From Macrostomum lignano (Eukaryota), in the NCBI GenBank assembly GCA_002269645.1, contig NIVC01000551.1, positions 1 to 64,000 on the forward strand: a stretch of 64,000 nt of DNA, in the 5' to 3' direction. Both the position numbers and the translations under genes were made by a program. Positions within the stretch are counted from its first letter, which is position 1. Each line of letters begins with the position of its first letter. This document shows, piece by piece, positions 22,988 through 36,088 of this stretch. The notes beneath the pieces are model-generated. The model saw only the letters and a program-made list of their open reading frames with translations, made no database searches and was not told the DNA's origin.

Positions 22988-25900
22988 GTTAAAAAGCTGC
23001 AGTGTGCTTGGATAATTTTTCACCAAAATCACTAGCTGTCATCCTACCTTTGAACAATACTAGTCAGTTGTTTAGGTAAGTCAGACCTTCCTGAGATTCC
23101 TTCAGTCTTCAACTGGGTTCATTTCCGTTTCGAAATCAGCCCTGATCTTAGCCAGCAAATTCTGAAATATTCGCTCAACTGAGCCAAAATGAATGAAAGA
23201 ACAGTATTAATTTCCTTCTTTACCATAATTGGGAACCGATTTAGAAATAATTAATTAGACGTACAAGCAAAAGTACAATTGCATAGCTTGTTTAAATATG
23301 AAATAACGTTTACGAAGCTTTCAAATAATAATAGGTAATACGCCAAAAAAAGAACTTGTTCTCTGAATCTTAATTAGAGTACTAATGATATCAAGATGAC
23401 GACTGAATGCTTGGGAGACCTGCTGAGGATGTTCAACAGTCGAGGCTTGATCAGCGAAACTCCAGAAATTTGCAAGAGCGTGTCCATAGTCACCTGGCGC
23501 CACCTGTTGAAGGTCCAGAAGCTCCGCCTAAGTGAAGGCCAGTTTGTTCGCCTGTGGCCCATCTAGTAGTATAGTATTCCCTACTATTCTTAATATTAGG
23601 CTATGCATGTCTACTGTATTCAGTAACGGCCGGACAATGACCAAGCCAGTCTGTTTTGACTTCCGATTGCGTTATTTTCTGACTGATTATAGTTTTCTAT
23701 ACATGTTCAGTGTCGATTAATAGCAAAGCTGAGCATTAATCGTTTTTACTCGAGACAACAAACTTCTGAGCAACCCAGAGCAATGAATTTTCATTTTCCA
23801 GAATTCTGATCATAGTTTTGAATCTTTGTCTTGAAGCCATCATTCAGTCAGTCAGTTTTTCTCTCTACAATGATCATAATACATTTTCAAAATCTAAGAT
23901 TCTGCTTTACAAAAAGCATGTTTTTCCTATACTAATCCCTTTAAGCATTGAGCAATTTCTTAGCCAGGACGCATGTACCATTGTACCGTCACAGAAAAAT
24001 TCTGATCGAACTGTGCAAGTCTCAATAAAATCGGTCAAGCCGTTTTTTCCTGAAATCAATCACGACATACGCTCATAGAGACTAACCATGCTTATTTGAG
24101 TGGAAGAGGAAGACACAATATTTACCGAGTACAGTATTGAGCAATAATTGATCAGATACTCAGCACTCTAAGATCGTTCTCTTACGTCGCCAAACGGACT
24201 TGAACCAGTTAGTATGGGAGGCTGCAAATATAATTCTTATCACACCTCAAAACTAACATCTAAATTGATTTGAAAGGCCTGGCTGGATACACGGAGTTGC
24301 ACTTTATTCTGCTGTTGGCTACGCACACAGATGAAGCGAAATTAATCAAAGTTTTTCTAGCCAGCAGGCTGAGGCAGGGCTTGGCAGTCAATTTTGCATC
24401 CAGCGAGAAAAAACTTCACTTCGCCCAAGTTAATTTCATTTTCCAAGGCAAAAATAGCTTGTTGGGAAGGCACTCCGAAATTCTTAGCCACGTCTTCAAG
24501 TACGAGGGGAGAGTCAATCCCAGCCTATGGAAGGATCGAAGCTAAAAAATGAGATTCAAACCAGCAAAAAAACATGTTTTTTTTCATAATTTTCTAGTCT
24601 CGTTTGGTGCAGAGCTGTTGGCTACTCGCGGCCAATCGCGACGAGTTAAAACATCTTTCGGACTGAGGCGCAAGTTCGGGCACGTGCTTGTTGCCAGGCA
24701 ATCTTGAGTGGCTCATCTCTCGATCTTCTCTCGGCGGAGATCCGACCCGTTCCTGATGTTGCCGCGATGTACCTGGTGGACCGACAGATCGCGCTGACAA
24801 ATTGAACAGCCTCGCCTCTCTCGCTTTTTCAGCTGCGTCGTTTCAGATTCTCCCTCTCTCCTCTCCCTCTCTCCTCTCCCTCCCTCCTCTCACCTTTCCG
24901 TCTCTGCTCTCACCTCTCCCTCTCTCCTCTCACCTCTCACTCTCATCCTCAGCATCTGAGATTGGGGTGCCCTCCCTCTCTCCTTCTCCCACTAGCTATC
25001 CCTCCCTCCCCCTCTCCATCTTCTTTAGTCCCAGGATTCCACACAGATACACGCAGTAATATTTGTCACACAGGTAAGTCAATAACTGAGCTGAGACTCT
25101 GAAGAAGATCAATTCGGGGGGAGTGAATGCTTGTCCAAACGAATAGCAGTGGATCTGATGGAAGTCACACAAGGAGGTTATCCTGCTTGCGTGCTGCATA
25201 ACGACTAATCCTGTTTATTAATGAAGCTAATCCCAATACCCTGCAGAGGTGGAATGTATGCTCGCAGCTAACTATAGGCGACCAAAAATGAGCTCAGATA
25301 ACGCATTAGCCACGCTGCATCAGATGTTGGTGGCTTATTAAATCTCCATCATCTCGTGCAGCCTCTTTTTCCCCAGCATCCGTCAACTCATAGCCTGAAG
25401 GTCTCTGAGAGACCTCTGCCCGGCTGGTTTAATAACCACTACATGCTCGGTTTTCGGTATTGGGTTACGCCATGAGTGTTTACCAGTTACGAGTATTGAA
25501 ACCAGCCTTTATCGAACTCCGGCTATATGTTACACTGCAGATAGCTTTATCTAACTCTAGGATTTGTTTAAACAAGCCTATATAATAATCTTAATAATGC
25601 ATGCTCACCTGTGTGCTGGGGGGGGGGTTGCTCTAGCACTAAAGCACATTCTGGACTTCCGTGTTCAAGCGCCTTAACCCCCCAGAACCCCCCAGGAAGA
25701 AATCTCCCCTGACAATTTTTGTTGCGCTTGAGCGGAGCAACGCTATGGACAAGTAGAGTAGAAATTGACGCTACACTCGCGAATCGTGTAAAATTGGCTG
25801 GAGGCCAAAACTCAAAAGTCAATATCTCTTGATTGGCTGCATGAAAAGCAGATGAAGACTCCAGGAGACAGTTGTTCTTAGAAATTGAGTTTAAATAATA

Positions 25901-26710
25901 AATTAAAATTCTAAAAATAGGGATTCTGGTACTTAAATAATTACAAAATACAGATTCCAGAAATGAGAGGGCGTATATGTAGCAGTGATTCTACAAAGAA
26001 AAAATCTACAAAGACCCTACATGCACCAACTTCTTAGAGTCACCTTGGGCATCAGAAAAACCGCTGGTTCCGAGAATCAACAAATAAAGAGGGTGGCGAA
26101 GCGTACAGGACTGTAAAAAACTCAAGTTTAATGCTAATAAATTCTCTGTAAACCTACCTCAAAATGGAACACATCCACAGAAGTGAATGCACATTGATGT
26201 CCGAAAGTTCTAATTCCAATTAATTCTAATTGCAAATTCGGACAGATCGTGATTGAGAAATAATTAACAAATACGTCAAGCCCCCACTTCATCAGCGGTT
26301 AATAAGTTCCACGCTCAAACGATTCGTGCTAATTGAGTTCAAATGAGGACACCTCGTCCACAAAGTCGCATTTTCAAAGAAAAAAGGGGACTCCAAAGAG
26401 CCGGTTCTTAAGTTCTTCTCCGCCAGGATGTTATTGAAACAAAATCCTTATTTGGCAACTGTCGAGCTCAGTCGAACGTGCGTGCGTCTTATTAGAAAAC
26501 TACCGACCAAACAACCCGCGACACACAGACAGTCGGGAATGTGTAGATAACTTAAATGTTAAATTTGAAAAGGCGCGAAGCTTAGTTTTGTTATAACTGC
26601 GCGATGCCGTTCTCAAACTAAACCCAATCGACGCATCGAAAATGCAGTTGCTCATGTAGCAGAATTTCTCAAGTACATTTTGCTCTTTTTGTTTGAAAAA
26701 TAGACAGCTC

Positions 26711-29031
26711 CTAAGAGCGCAGAGTGTCCAGAAGAGCTGAGCAGTTTGGTAGTTCGCCGTCAACTTTTTCCCGGTACGCTTGCAGGATCCCGGATGCCAG
26801 CCGGAATGCAGGCAGTTCGCCAACCTGAGCTGCGCTGGAACAGTTGAACACCTCGTTGAGCTGCCACTGACGCCACAGATCCTCAGCAGATTCCGAGTTG
26901 GTGGCCGAATGTTCGTCAACAAACTTCCAGACTGCCTGCTTGTGTGCTGACACTGCCGCCTCGTTTGGTAGCGCAGAGCCTACCGACTCCCACGGCAGAT
27001 GCTTCGGTAACATCAAGCTGCAGACGATGTACACTAGACTTTCCAAATCAGCGTAGGGAGCTTCCAGTTTGACGTTTGGGGAAAATCGAACAGCACCGTA
27101 GACCAGACTGCGCTCTCGTTCACCCCGATAGATCAGGCAGTTTCGGGTGAGCGGCTCTGCCGAAGCAAAGTCAGCCAAAAGCATCTCGTCGGATCCGAGC
27201 AGTTCGAAACTCGACGGTTGAAGGCAGCCGTGCGACCAGCCGGAGTTGTGCAGCTGGCCGACCTTGTTCAGCATGTCGCGGCACAGTCTCACTGCTGCTG
27301 GCGAGTCCAGGCACTTGACCGATGCTCGGTTGCCGTCTGTGCAATGGTTGTTTGACAAGGATTGGGAATGGTAAAGCAGCGATGGAGTGTCAGGGATGAC
27401 AGCTACGGAGTGTCAAGGAAACACAGCGATGGAGTGTCAGGGAAACACAGCGATGGAGTGTCAGGGATGACAGCTACGGAATGTCAGAGAAACACAGCGA
27501 TGGAGTGTCAGGGAAACACAGCGATGGAGTGTCAAGGAAACAACGATGGAGTGTCAAGGAAACACAGCGATGGAGCATAAGGGAAACACAGCAATGGAGT
27601 ATGAGGGATGACAGCTACGGAGTGTCACGGATGACAGCTACGGAGTGTCAGGGATGGCAGCTACGGAGTGTCAGGGAAACACAGCGATGGAGTGTCAAGG
27701 AAACACAGCGATGGAGTGTCAAGGAAACACAGCGATGGAGTGTCAAGGAAACACAGCGATGGAGTGTCAGGGAAACACAGCGATGGAGTGTCAAGGAAAC
27801 ACAGCGATGGAGTGTCAGGGAAACACAGCGATGGAGTGTCAAGGAACCACAGCGATGGAACATAAGGGAAACACAGCAATGGAGTGTCAGGGATAAGAGC
27901 TATGGACCATCAGGGAAACACTCGGTGGAGTGTCAGGAAAGGCAGCTTAGAGGGCACAGCCATAGCAAGCCAAACTCACTAATGACTCTCTGCAGCGAAT
28001 CTTCAACATACTGACAGAGCAGAAAGTGCTGCCTATGCAACACCAATTGCCTATCATCATTCTTGTTCTCGGAAACCACTCGCCAACAGTCGTTGCCAAG
28101 GCAGCCAAATAGGTAGGGTCGGGGAAACGCCGAAGGATCTTGGACGGCTCTGAGAATGGCCCATTCGCGAAGCAGTTGCAGCGGCTCGGCCGGGTGAGCG
28201 CGGGCGTGCACTTTCAGCAGCACCTGTTGGCCGCAGCGCAGGGTTCTGGGGTCCAGGCACTGCAGCATCTGGTTGGGTTGGAACGAGGAAAGAAAAGATT
28301 GAGAAATCAACGTTGGAAGAAGCTGGAACTTGCATTGTTACTGTAAGTAGTGAGCTTGAACTGTAGCGTTTTCGGTCTGAACAATGTCGGATGTCGAATG
28401 ATGTTCCTGGTTATTCAGGTGTATTACTGTTGAAAGCCCTTATTTTGTGCTCTAAGTACCTCTATTGGTTTGTTGTTGAAGCATCAAATTATGTGCTGTT
28501 GATGTATCTAATAGTGTGTTGTTGAAGCGTCTAATGGTGCGTTGCATCATCTGATCTACTGTTTTTCGTGTTGCCTGCTGAGACTGAGAGTCTTCAGCAT
28601 TTCAAAAAGTCCCTGAAAAAACTACTGGAGAAAGTTTAGTCTCAAAGGCTACTCAGACATATTTCTACCTGCTCCTTATTCGTTGGAATTCTAATGGCGG
28701 GCTCCGCAACCTGTTTGAACCGTTGCAGATACTGCAACTCCTGGTAGTGCACATTGCGCCGAACCGTAGCTACACAAGTGATAACACCGTCGCGGCTATC
28801 CAGGACATTGTCAAGACGCAACAGGAAGCTCAAAGCTGGATCGTCAGCGAGAGCTGCTGTCACTTTCTCTTTCAGCTTGGCTAAATAGTCGGCCGACTTG
28901 GCGGAGTTACCAGAAGGGGACAGCGGCGACGCCTGCAGTGGATTTGGAGCCTCCTGGCGCATTGGTGGCGGCAAACCGGTTGCATCGATGTCGAAATAGC
29001 GCTGCAACTCCGGTTCCAGCCAGAATGACAT
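26711..29031 (-). CDS. CK1-group-like pseudokinase, 3 exons, 425 aa
   Basis: Exons 28669-29031, 27980-28268 and 26711-27336 with GT-AG and consistent phases (1278 nt). Motifs VLLK, QLLREWAIL, HGCLQPSSF (in place of HRDxKPxN), ADFA, and DLESLVYIVCSLMLPKHLPW (CK1-type DDLESLGY..LPW). Confidence 0.8.
27375..27935. repeat. 23-24-bp minisatellite in pseudokinase intron 2
   Basis: Unit CAGGGAAACACAGCGATGGAGTGT; source of the MECQGNTA repeat ORFs. Confidence 0.93.
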
Positions 29032-29556
29032 GCTTGCGATTGCTTGCTGTTTGCTGGCTAAATAGCAAATCGTTAATTTTGATGCGTTCCTACACTTGCA
29101 ATAACAGCACTCACTATTAACGCTTCTGTGTGCTTTTTTTAACTTCTGACTACCATATGCTGTCTATGGGTTTCTGTTGCGACAATTTCAAATTTGACGA
29201 CACAAAAAATAGAGAAGGAAGGAAGGCTACTGACTACTATCCAATTCTATGAGGCAAGACATATGAATACCTTAACGGCTACAAAACCACATGTAGTTAA
29301 GCCAACGAGTTGATTTACGCTCGTAAGTGAAGTTAGCAAAGACAGCACTGGCTATCAAACTGACAAGGCACGTTCTTAGGTCTTAATTGAGCGTAGCCAA
29401 CTCTAGCGAACTGGGAAGTACATTATACATGGGTAGCTTTAAAAATTCAGAAATAATGTACCACAATGCGATAGGCATGTACATGTAAACTTCACTGTGC
29501 CTTGGGGAGGACCACCGGGCCACGCTTTATAGTTCGCGTCTCTTCTCATAGCGTCT

Positions 29557-30656
29557 TCACCACATTTTGATCACAGTTTTGAGCACGAAGATCAGGCACT
29601 CAAAATTCTTCATCGAGTAGGATAAAACAAGTGCGCTACCAGATCCAGATGCATGAAGATAGTAATAGAGACCTTGTGTAATAATATTGGGATATTCTCT
29701 GTAGACTCCGCTGGCGTCAATGAATGAGCACTCGCCGTACCACCAGCCAGCGGACCGTCCTAATGTGTGGAGCTGCCTCCGCTCCAGTTGTCATTGTCAG
29801 AGTCTGGAGTGCTGAACTGCCAGTTGTTCGGCGAGAAGTTCGAAGTAGTAATCTGTCCGACACTCGATCTAGTTGAGGCTAGCGGTCTCATCGAGCACCT
29901 GTACTTGTCGCTCGCTGGGCCAACAGAGAACGGAGCATTTTCAGCCCAGTACCAGGTGCCGCTCCAGTCGCTGAACTCCCAGCGGACTCTCCACACTCCA
30001 GTGGCGGTGAGCTGGTGGAGCTGCTCCAGTCCCATCCAGTAGTTGAGACTCTCGCCCTGACCGAATCCGCTCGCGTACTCCGCCCAGCTGCGGTTGAAGT
30101 TGACGGAGCCGTCGAGTCTGTGCTGGAAGGTCGTCCAGCACTTCACGGGCTTTCTAATCTGCAATGGGCGATGCGGTGCTGCATTTCGTGCACGCATATT
30201 GATGCGGTGCTGCATTTCGTGCACGCATATTGATGCGGTGCTGCATTTCGTGCACGCATATTGATGCGGTGCTGCATTTCGTGCACGCATATTGATGCGG
30301 TGCTGCATTTCGTGCACGCATATTGATGCGCTGCTACAAAGTAAAGAATCCGCAAAGCAAAGCCCAGCTCACTCACCTACAGCTGAGGCAGGCTGGAGTC
30401 GCTGGCGTGCCGGCACTTCCAGCCGGCGTCCATCGCTCCCCGATCGCAGGCCAGCAGCGAGCAGGAGCCCGAGGACGCGTCGAAGCAGACGGCTTCCGCG
30501 TTACCAGCAGAAGTCACGCTGTGAATGTCGTTGACCGCCAGCTTCACCGCCAGCACCCGGTACTCGGTCAGGTGGCCTCGCTGGAGAGTCACTCCAGCAC
30601 TTCTCGACAGTGGCAGCCGCTGCCATGACAGCGCAGATGATGAGCAGAGAATGCAT
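29557..30656 (-). pseudogene. Secreted fibrinogen-related domain (FReD) protein, disrupted
   Basis: Signal peptide MHSLLIICAVMAAAA; exon 2 has WTTFQHRLDGSVNFNRSWAEYASGFG, YWMGLEQLHQLT, FSTPDSDND and, in a shifted frame, AGWWYGECS. Lesions: frameshift after the signal peptide, TAG at the exon 1 end (30377-30379, before GTGAGT), frameshift near 29760. Confidence 0.85.
30168..30330. repeat. 31-bp minisatellite in the FReD intron
   Basis: ATGCGGTGCTGCATTTCGTGCACGCATATTG, about 5 copies. Confidence 0.95.
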
Positions 30657-32128
30657 CGTGTCGGTAGCAGTTGGCTTGGATTCCGCAGTTTTGACTCCGT
30701 GTGTTGGCTTTTTGGGAGGCTTCGCGGCCATTATTATAACTTAAGTTTTGTGTATGTACATCTGGTTGGTACATCTGGTATGTACATTGTGTATGCACAT
30801 CTGGTTGGCAACCACGAGTGCACATGCGGATGGAGCGATGAAAATTGAGGTGTCAATTCCCCTGTTCAGATGCAAAAACAATGAGAAAGAATTGTACTCC
30901 CTGCTCAGTTTACAGTAACAAAAAAGCTGGGGGGTAAACTATTGGTAAGGCTTATTGTCATGGTCTCAGTGTGACTCAAGAACATCTTAAGTAGATGTTG
31001 TGTACATCTACTTGAGAAGTCCTTGGTGTGACTGTGGAGCAAAAGGAGGGAAGAGCTACTGATCAAGTTCGCATGGAGCCTTGACTCCGCAGAAGTCTTT
31101 GGAGAAGAGCATGTCTACCAACCGTTATGAAAGTCCTAAGGCTACTGAGCCTTATACATGTATAAGGTAGTTAAATGATTTGTAGGAATAAGATGTTTAA
31201 CCCTAGCTATTGGCCAAATATTACACTGATTATCGCACTTCGTCCATGACCTAATCGTACATTTACACAAGCCACATGAAGCATGCTACTCAGTCACATG
31301 AACTCATGATACTCATCCACTGTCGTGACCTGTCTATACGTAAGAGCGGGATCTGGGACATAGCCTTCCGGGATAAAAGTTAAGGTTATCGCTTTTAACG
31401 TTTCCTACAAGCCAATTAACAGAGCAGCTTTCGAATTCTACATGTACATGCTGAAAAGCACTGGTTGCGCCGTTCGCATAGCCGGACCTGACAGAAAAAT
31501 TGCCACCGTGATCGATAATACGTTTCCATTCCAAGACATTTCGATTGCGTTTTAAACAAAGTGACCGATCGATTTTAAACCCCAAAAATGTTGTCTAATA
31601 CAATGCACATGCATCCGGCAAAATAATTAGCATAATTTGAGGGCGGAAGTCCTCAATTTTGACTTCATAGCGACCAATGGAACTATATCTGACCCACGTG
31701 ATCCTCTCCCAGTTAACTTTGTTTTGATTCCTCCCATGGACCAACCCAAGCGGAAAAGCCATGAGTGCCCTGGCTAAGATAAAAAAGGTTAAAAAACTGT
31801 GGAATCTTTCCCTTCGTATCTATCTAACTTTTGGCTTGTTGTCGTTCAGCCGTTTGCAGGAGTTCTGTATTCAGCAGTAGACTTGTAAGTACGTACATTT
31901 ACGTAGTTGCCTATGTATCTATGCATCTACGCTCGTATGTATCTATAAATCTATGTACCGATGTACCTACGAGCGTATGCATCTATGCATCTGTGTAACT
32001 ATGTATCTATGTACCGACGTAACCTATGTAATCTATTTATGTACACTCTATCTACCTAGCTTTTATCCCATTCTATCCCATCTATGTTTAATATCATGCA
32101 GGCGGTCAGTCCAATTCAAAGGCTATCA

Positions 32129-35100
32129 ATGGCGGGGATTCTAGCGGAGGCCATCGCATCGAGTTCAGCTCACGGCATCAGCCGAGCGGCCGCCACCAGC
32201 TACAAAACAGTCCGCGTGATGTGGATTCTGCTGTTCCTCATCTGCCTGGGAATGTTTCTCAATAGTGGCATCAGTCTGGTGCTCAAACTCAGGGAGAACA
32301 ACCTGACAGAGGAGTACCACCTGGATCAGGTGCCGTTTGTGCTCCCGGACCTGTACTTCTGCTCCAGCAACCCCTTCTCTGGCCGTTTTCCGTTCACGCT
32401 GACAAAATCAGAGGCCGACTTTTGATGTAACCACACTCTGGTCGCGGGATACGGCAGGGGAAATTTTTCAAAAGTACCTCCGATCTCCGTGCACCTCCTG
32501 AGCAGAGCCGTCGAGACTGGGCCAGGTCTTTGACCAGGCCTGCTGACTACCGCTCTGCTGCACCCCTTGCTGCCTCGGCTCCGTCTCCCGCGCAGCCACA
32601 CATGCCTTTCCGGAGCCCCTACCTCTCTGTACCTCACCCGTTCCTCTATTTCCTATGCGCTCTACCCTATTCATTATGTACTTTTCCCGCTTCCCATCTT
32701 TTTGTCTCTTTTTGCACTGTTTTCCTGCGCTGTCCCTCCCTCTTGTGGTATCTACTGACAGTACTTTGTGCGCTCACCGTCACCCCATTCCTACTAAAAC
32801 TCCCAAACGGTGACGCAAGTCTTGTGACCCCTCTTTCCCTTCGATGACTCATCGATGACTCACCACCCCCTCTTGCGCAACCTTTCTCATGCCATTGTTC
32901 TCCTCCCCAGATTTCTCATGCGACACCCACACCATCTCCGCTTCTATTGTTCTCGTTTTTTATTCTTTTTTTCTCCTCTTCGCACCCAATTATCACATTT
33001 TCCCCTTTTTTCTCTTTCTTTTGTTCTCGTTTTCGCACCCAATTATCACCTTTTCTCCAATGTTTACCCCTAATTCTCCCCAATTATCCCCGATTTCCAT
33101 TTTCTTTGTTCTCGACCCCAGCCCTATTGTTCTCAATGTTTGCTTGCGCAACACTTTCGCGACCTCCCGCTGCGCCAATTATCCCCCCACCCCACCTCCG
33201 GATTGCGCAATTTTCCCATTTCTCATGTTGCTATGCTGTTCTCATGCTTCTCATCATGACTCATTCTGACGTCATTCTGCCGGCAGCCAATCAGAGAGAG
33301 GGAATCATGGAAACGACCTTGGAGCGGCGGCTGGGAAGGCTGGATAAGGAAGCGGTTCTCGGCATGAGAATCCTCAGAAGGCTTTTGTCTTGTCCCTATT
33401 GTGGACTTGCTGTCAGACCTCGATCTGACCCGTACGTCTATAGGACGAACCTCTGCCGGTCCGCAATCTGTCACCGCCAATCATCTTCAGCATTGCCTGA
33501 ACCACATCAGCGCCTCGTCGCTTCAGCGCATCGCCGCTTCACTGCCTGCCCGACTGCAGCCAACATGCGCCCACGGTCACTCCATCGCTCTCTCTCTCTC
33601 TGTGCAGCCGCCGGTAAGCTCCTTTTACTAATTTGTGCTCTAATTGCCTTTGCTTATCCGGGGTTCGCCTATTTTCCATTGCTTGTTTAGAGAGCTGAGC
33701 CAATTGTGATACCGTATCTTTTGCTGTACTTATTCAATAGTGAAGCCGCCTAATTGCCTGATTATTTTGCCTAAGGGCCTAATTATTAACTATTACTAAA
33801 CTCCTCATTATTCGCTCCTTCACCATCATTTCATTCATGGCTTGCTAAGCCTTTCTCCCTGGGTGGCAAAGCAAAAGGAAGTTTGGGTAAGCTAACGGCC
33901 TCTCCCCGTGCAAAGCCCGCCAGTGTGTGCGTGCTGCGGGTCCGTGTGTGCGTGCAGTAGAGGGGATTAGCGAGTCTTGGCACAGAATGGCAGTAGGAAG
34001 GTTGCAACCCCATGCTGACGCGTCCCTTCGCCCTGAGCAATCGAAACTAGAGACAGTACATGTTCGCCTTACTCTACTCTTAGTAATCAAAGCCGCAAGT
34101 CAGCCTCGCTCACAGCTACAAAGGATCCCCTGCTGAGAAATCCTCCAGATTGAGCCCAGAGTTCCCGATCATGCCCCAAGCAGAGTCCCTGTACTCGGCT
34201 GCATGTGTCTCCCCTGTTAGCCTAAATCCCCTGGTAACCAATCCAGGCGGGGCTCTAGCCTTGAGAGGTCTGGTAGTAAGATCCAGGTGCGCCAGGTCAC
34301 ATAGAGTCGTGGCAGCCACTCGGTCATGCTCTGACCGAGTGACCAACTATTGCACCTTGGCTACAGGTGGGGTCCATGTGGGTCCTTGGCCCTCTGGTCA
34401 CGAAAGCGCTACCGAAGCTATCAATCATGTGGGCGGGACAATCTAGTATTGGAGGTCCGTCAGGTCATTGCCCGGTCATAGGCAGCCTACGGTCATTGCC
34501 ACCTCTGGTCATGCGTTCGTCTTTCAGCGGAGCGGACGGGCGACAAGGGCGGCTACATCACTTTCTAGATGCTGAAGTGCAGCGGCTTATCGATGTAGTT
34601 GACAGGATTTATGGCTACAAATCAAAACCCATATTTGCATCTGTGTGGGCATTTCTCTTTACATACGGCGTGCAGGCGGAATCCTCATCACCTGCTGAAA
34701 AAGTACCTTCTGGTGAGAAAGGAGCAAGCGATTTTGGGAGCCACAGTTGGCGAAGGCACTCGCATTGAAAAAGTTGAAGTGAAGACAGTTGACAGCCCCG
34801 AGAATTTGATATGCTTCCAGCCGGTTCTGAGTGACCAGCACAAACAGATGTTGGTCAATTCCAGTGACGTACTGGAGATCCACTTAATGACGGATCCATA
34901 TTTCCCGGATTTTAATTATTCTGGCTACTCAATGCGGCCAATTTCTGACGAGCAGAACAAATCTTATTCCTTCCAGGACTGGCACCCAACCAAGGTAATT
35001 AGCCAGTTAAAAGCTTCCGGTTTCTCCATGCTAATCGTTCTTCCAGGCGCGTATCCGTCGCTAAAGTACGAAAAATACGGAGCCATAATTTCCTCATGGC

Positions 35101-36088
35101 TCCAGGGAACGAGTACACAGTAAAGCTGAGCATGCTAGAGAACTCCTGCAGTGAGGATCTTTACAACACGCACTGCCACAGCGACCGATCACCCGTGGTC
35201 TTCGCCAACTCACTGACTCGAAGGCAGGAAGAATTCACCTACAGCACCGCCGCCTACCTCTACGAGCAAATTAACAGCATTTTGATTGACAGGCTCGCAG
35301 CTGGCCACGCCAATGTGCCGCACCCGTTGCCATGGCGATACCGTGACGCTCCCCTGTGTGTGAGAACGCCTCCGAAATGACTAAAGCTGGCTTTAAAAAG
35401 TTTGCTGAAAGCGAAGATTTGCAAGAAATCGCCATGCAGAACGCGACGGACTATTGCAAAAGCAGGATACCCTGCTCATATCCGGAGTACAGCGCCAGCT
35501 TCTCATCCAGCAAGTGTCCCGGGCTCGGCAGCTCAACCGCAAAATTCTTTGCAAATTACGAAAATCGTCACTGGATACGTCACTGGATTCACCAAAGTTA
35601 GCAAGGAGATGGCGCCTGCGCTTCACCAGCTGATTGCAGTTGCAAAGCAGATCGATAGCGGCATTCACTCCGCTCATCTGGAGGGCATCTTTCGAAACTA
35701 CGTGGCGGACTCCATGCTCAATGTCAAGATATTCATAGCGTCGATCAAGTCGCCTCAGATCATGCTCACCTGGGCCTACACGTTCACAGATTTCCTGGCT
35801 GACACGGGCGGCCTGCTGGGCCTGTACATCGGCTGCAGTGTGCTCACCCTGTGCGAGCTGCTTGAGCTCCTCCACCACCGCGTGCTAGTCTTGCTCAAGC
35901 GAAAATCTGACGCTAGACGCTCAGGTGCAGCCGAGGAGCCTGAAGATGAAGCTGCTAAAATGAATTGGTCATTACGGTCCCTGAAAGTAGCAGCCAAACT
36001 GCCCGATCTCAGAGACTTTGTATGGAAAAGATGTGATAAATACTTTCTCAGCACTGCAGGAAGTTCACACCCAAACTCATCTGTTTAA
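32129..36088 (+). pseudogene. DEG/ENaC family sodium channel, disrupted
   Basis: N-terminal SSAHG motif, TM1 VMWILLFLICLGMFL, LPDLYFCSSNPF, TM2 FLADTGGLLGLYIGCSVLTLCELLEL with GxS filter. In-frame TGA at 32423-32425 and at least four frame changes between 34650 and 35600. Confidence 0.88.
33840..34460 (+). other. GC-balanced structured segment inside the DEG/ENaC intron, possibly retroelement-derived, with hammerhead-like motifs
   Basis: Non-repetitive and hairpin-rich (e.g. CACTCGGTCA-TGCTC-TGACCGAGTG); two partial CUGA..GA / GAAA cores (see findings). Confidence 0.35.

Noticed and set aside
32423-32425. In-frame TGA as selenocysteine or readthrough in DEG/ENaC
   Set aside because: The gene has several other frameshifts, TGG to TGA is the simpler explanation, and no SECIS was recognised.
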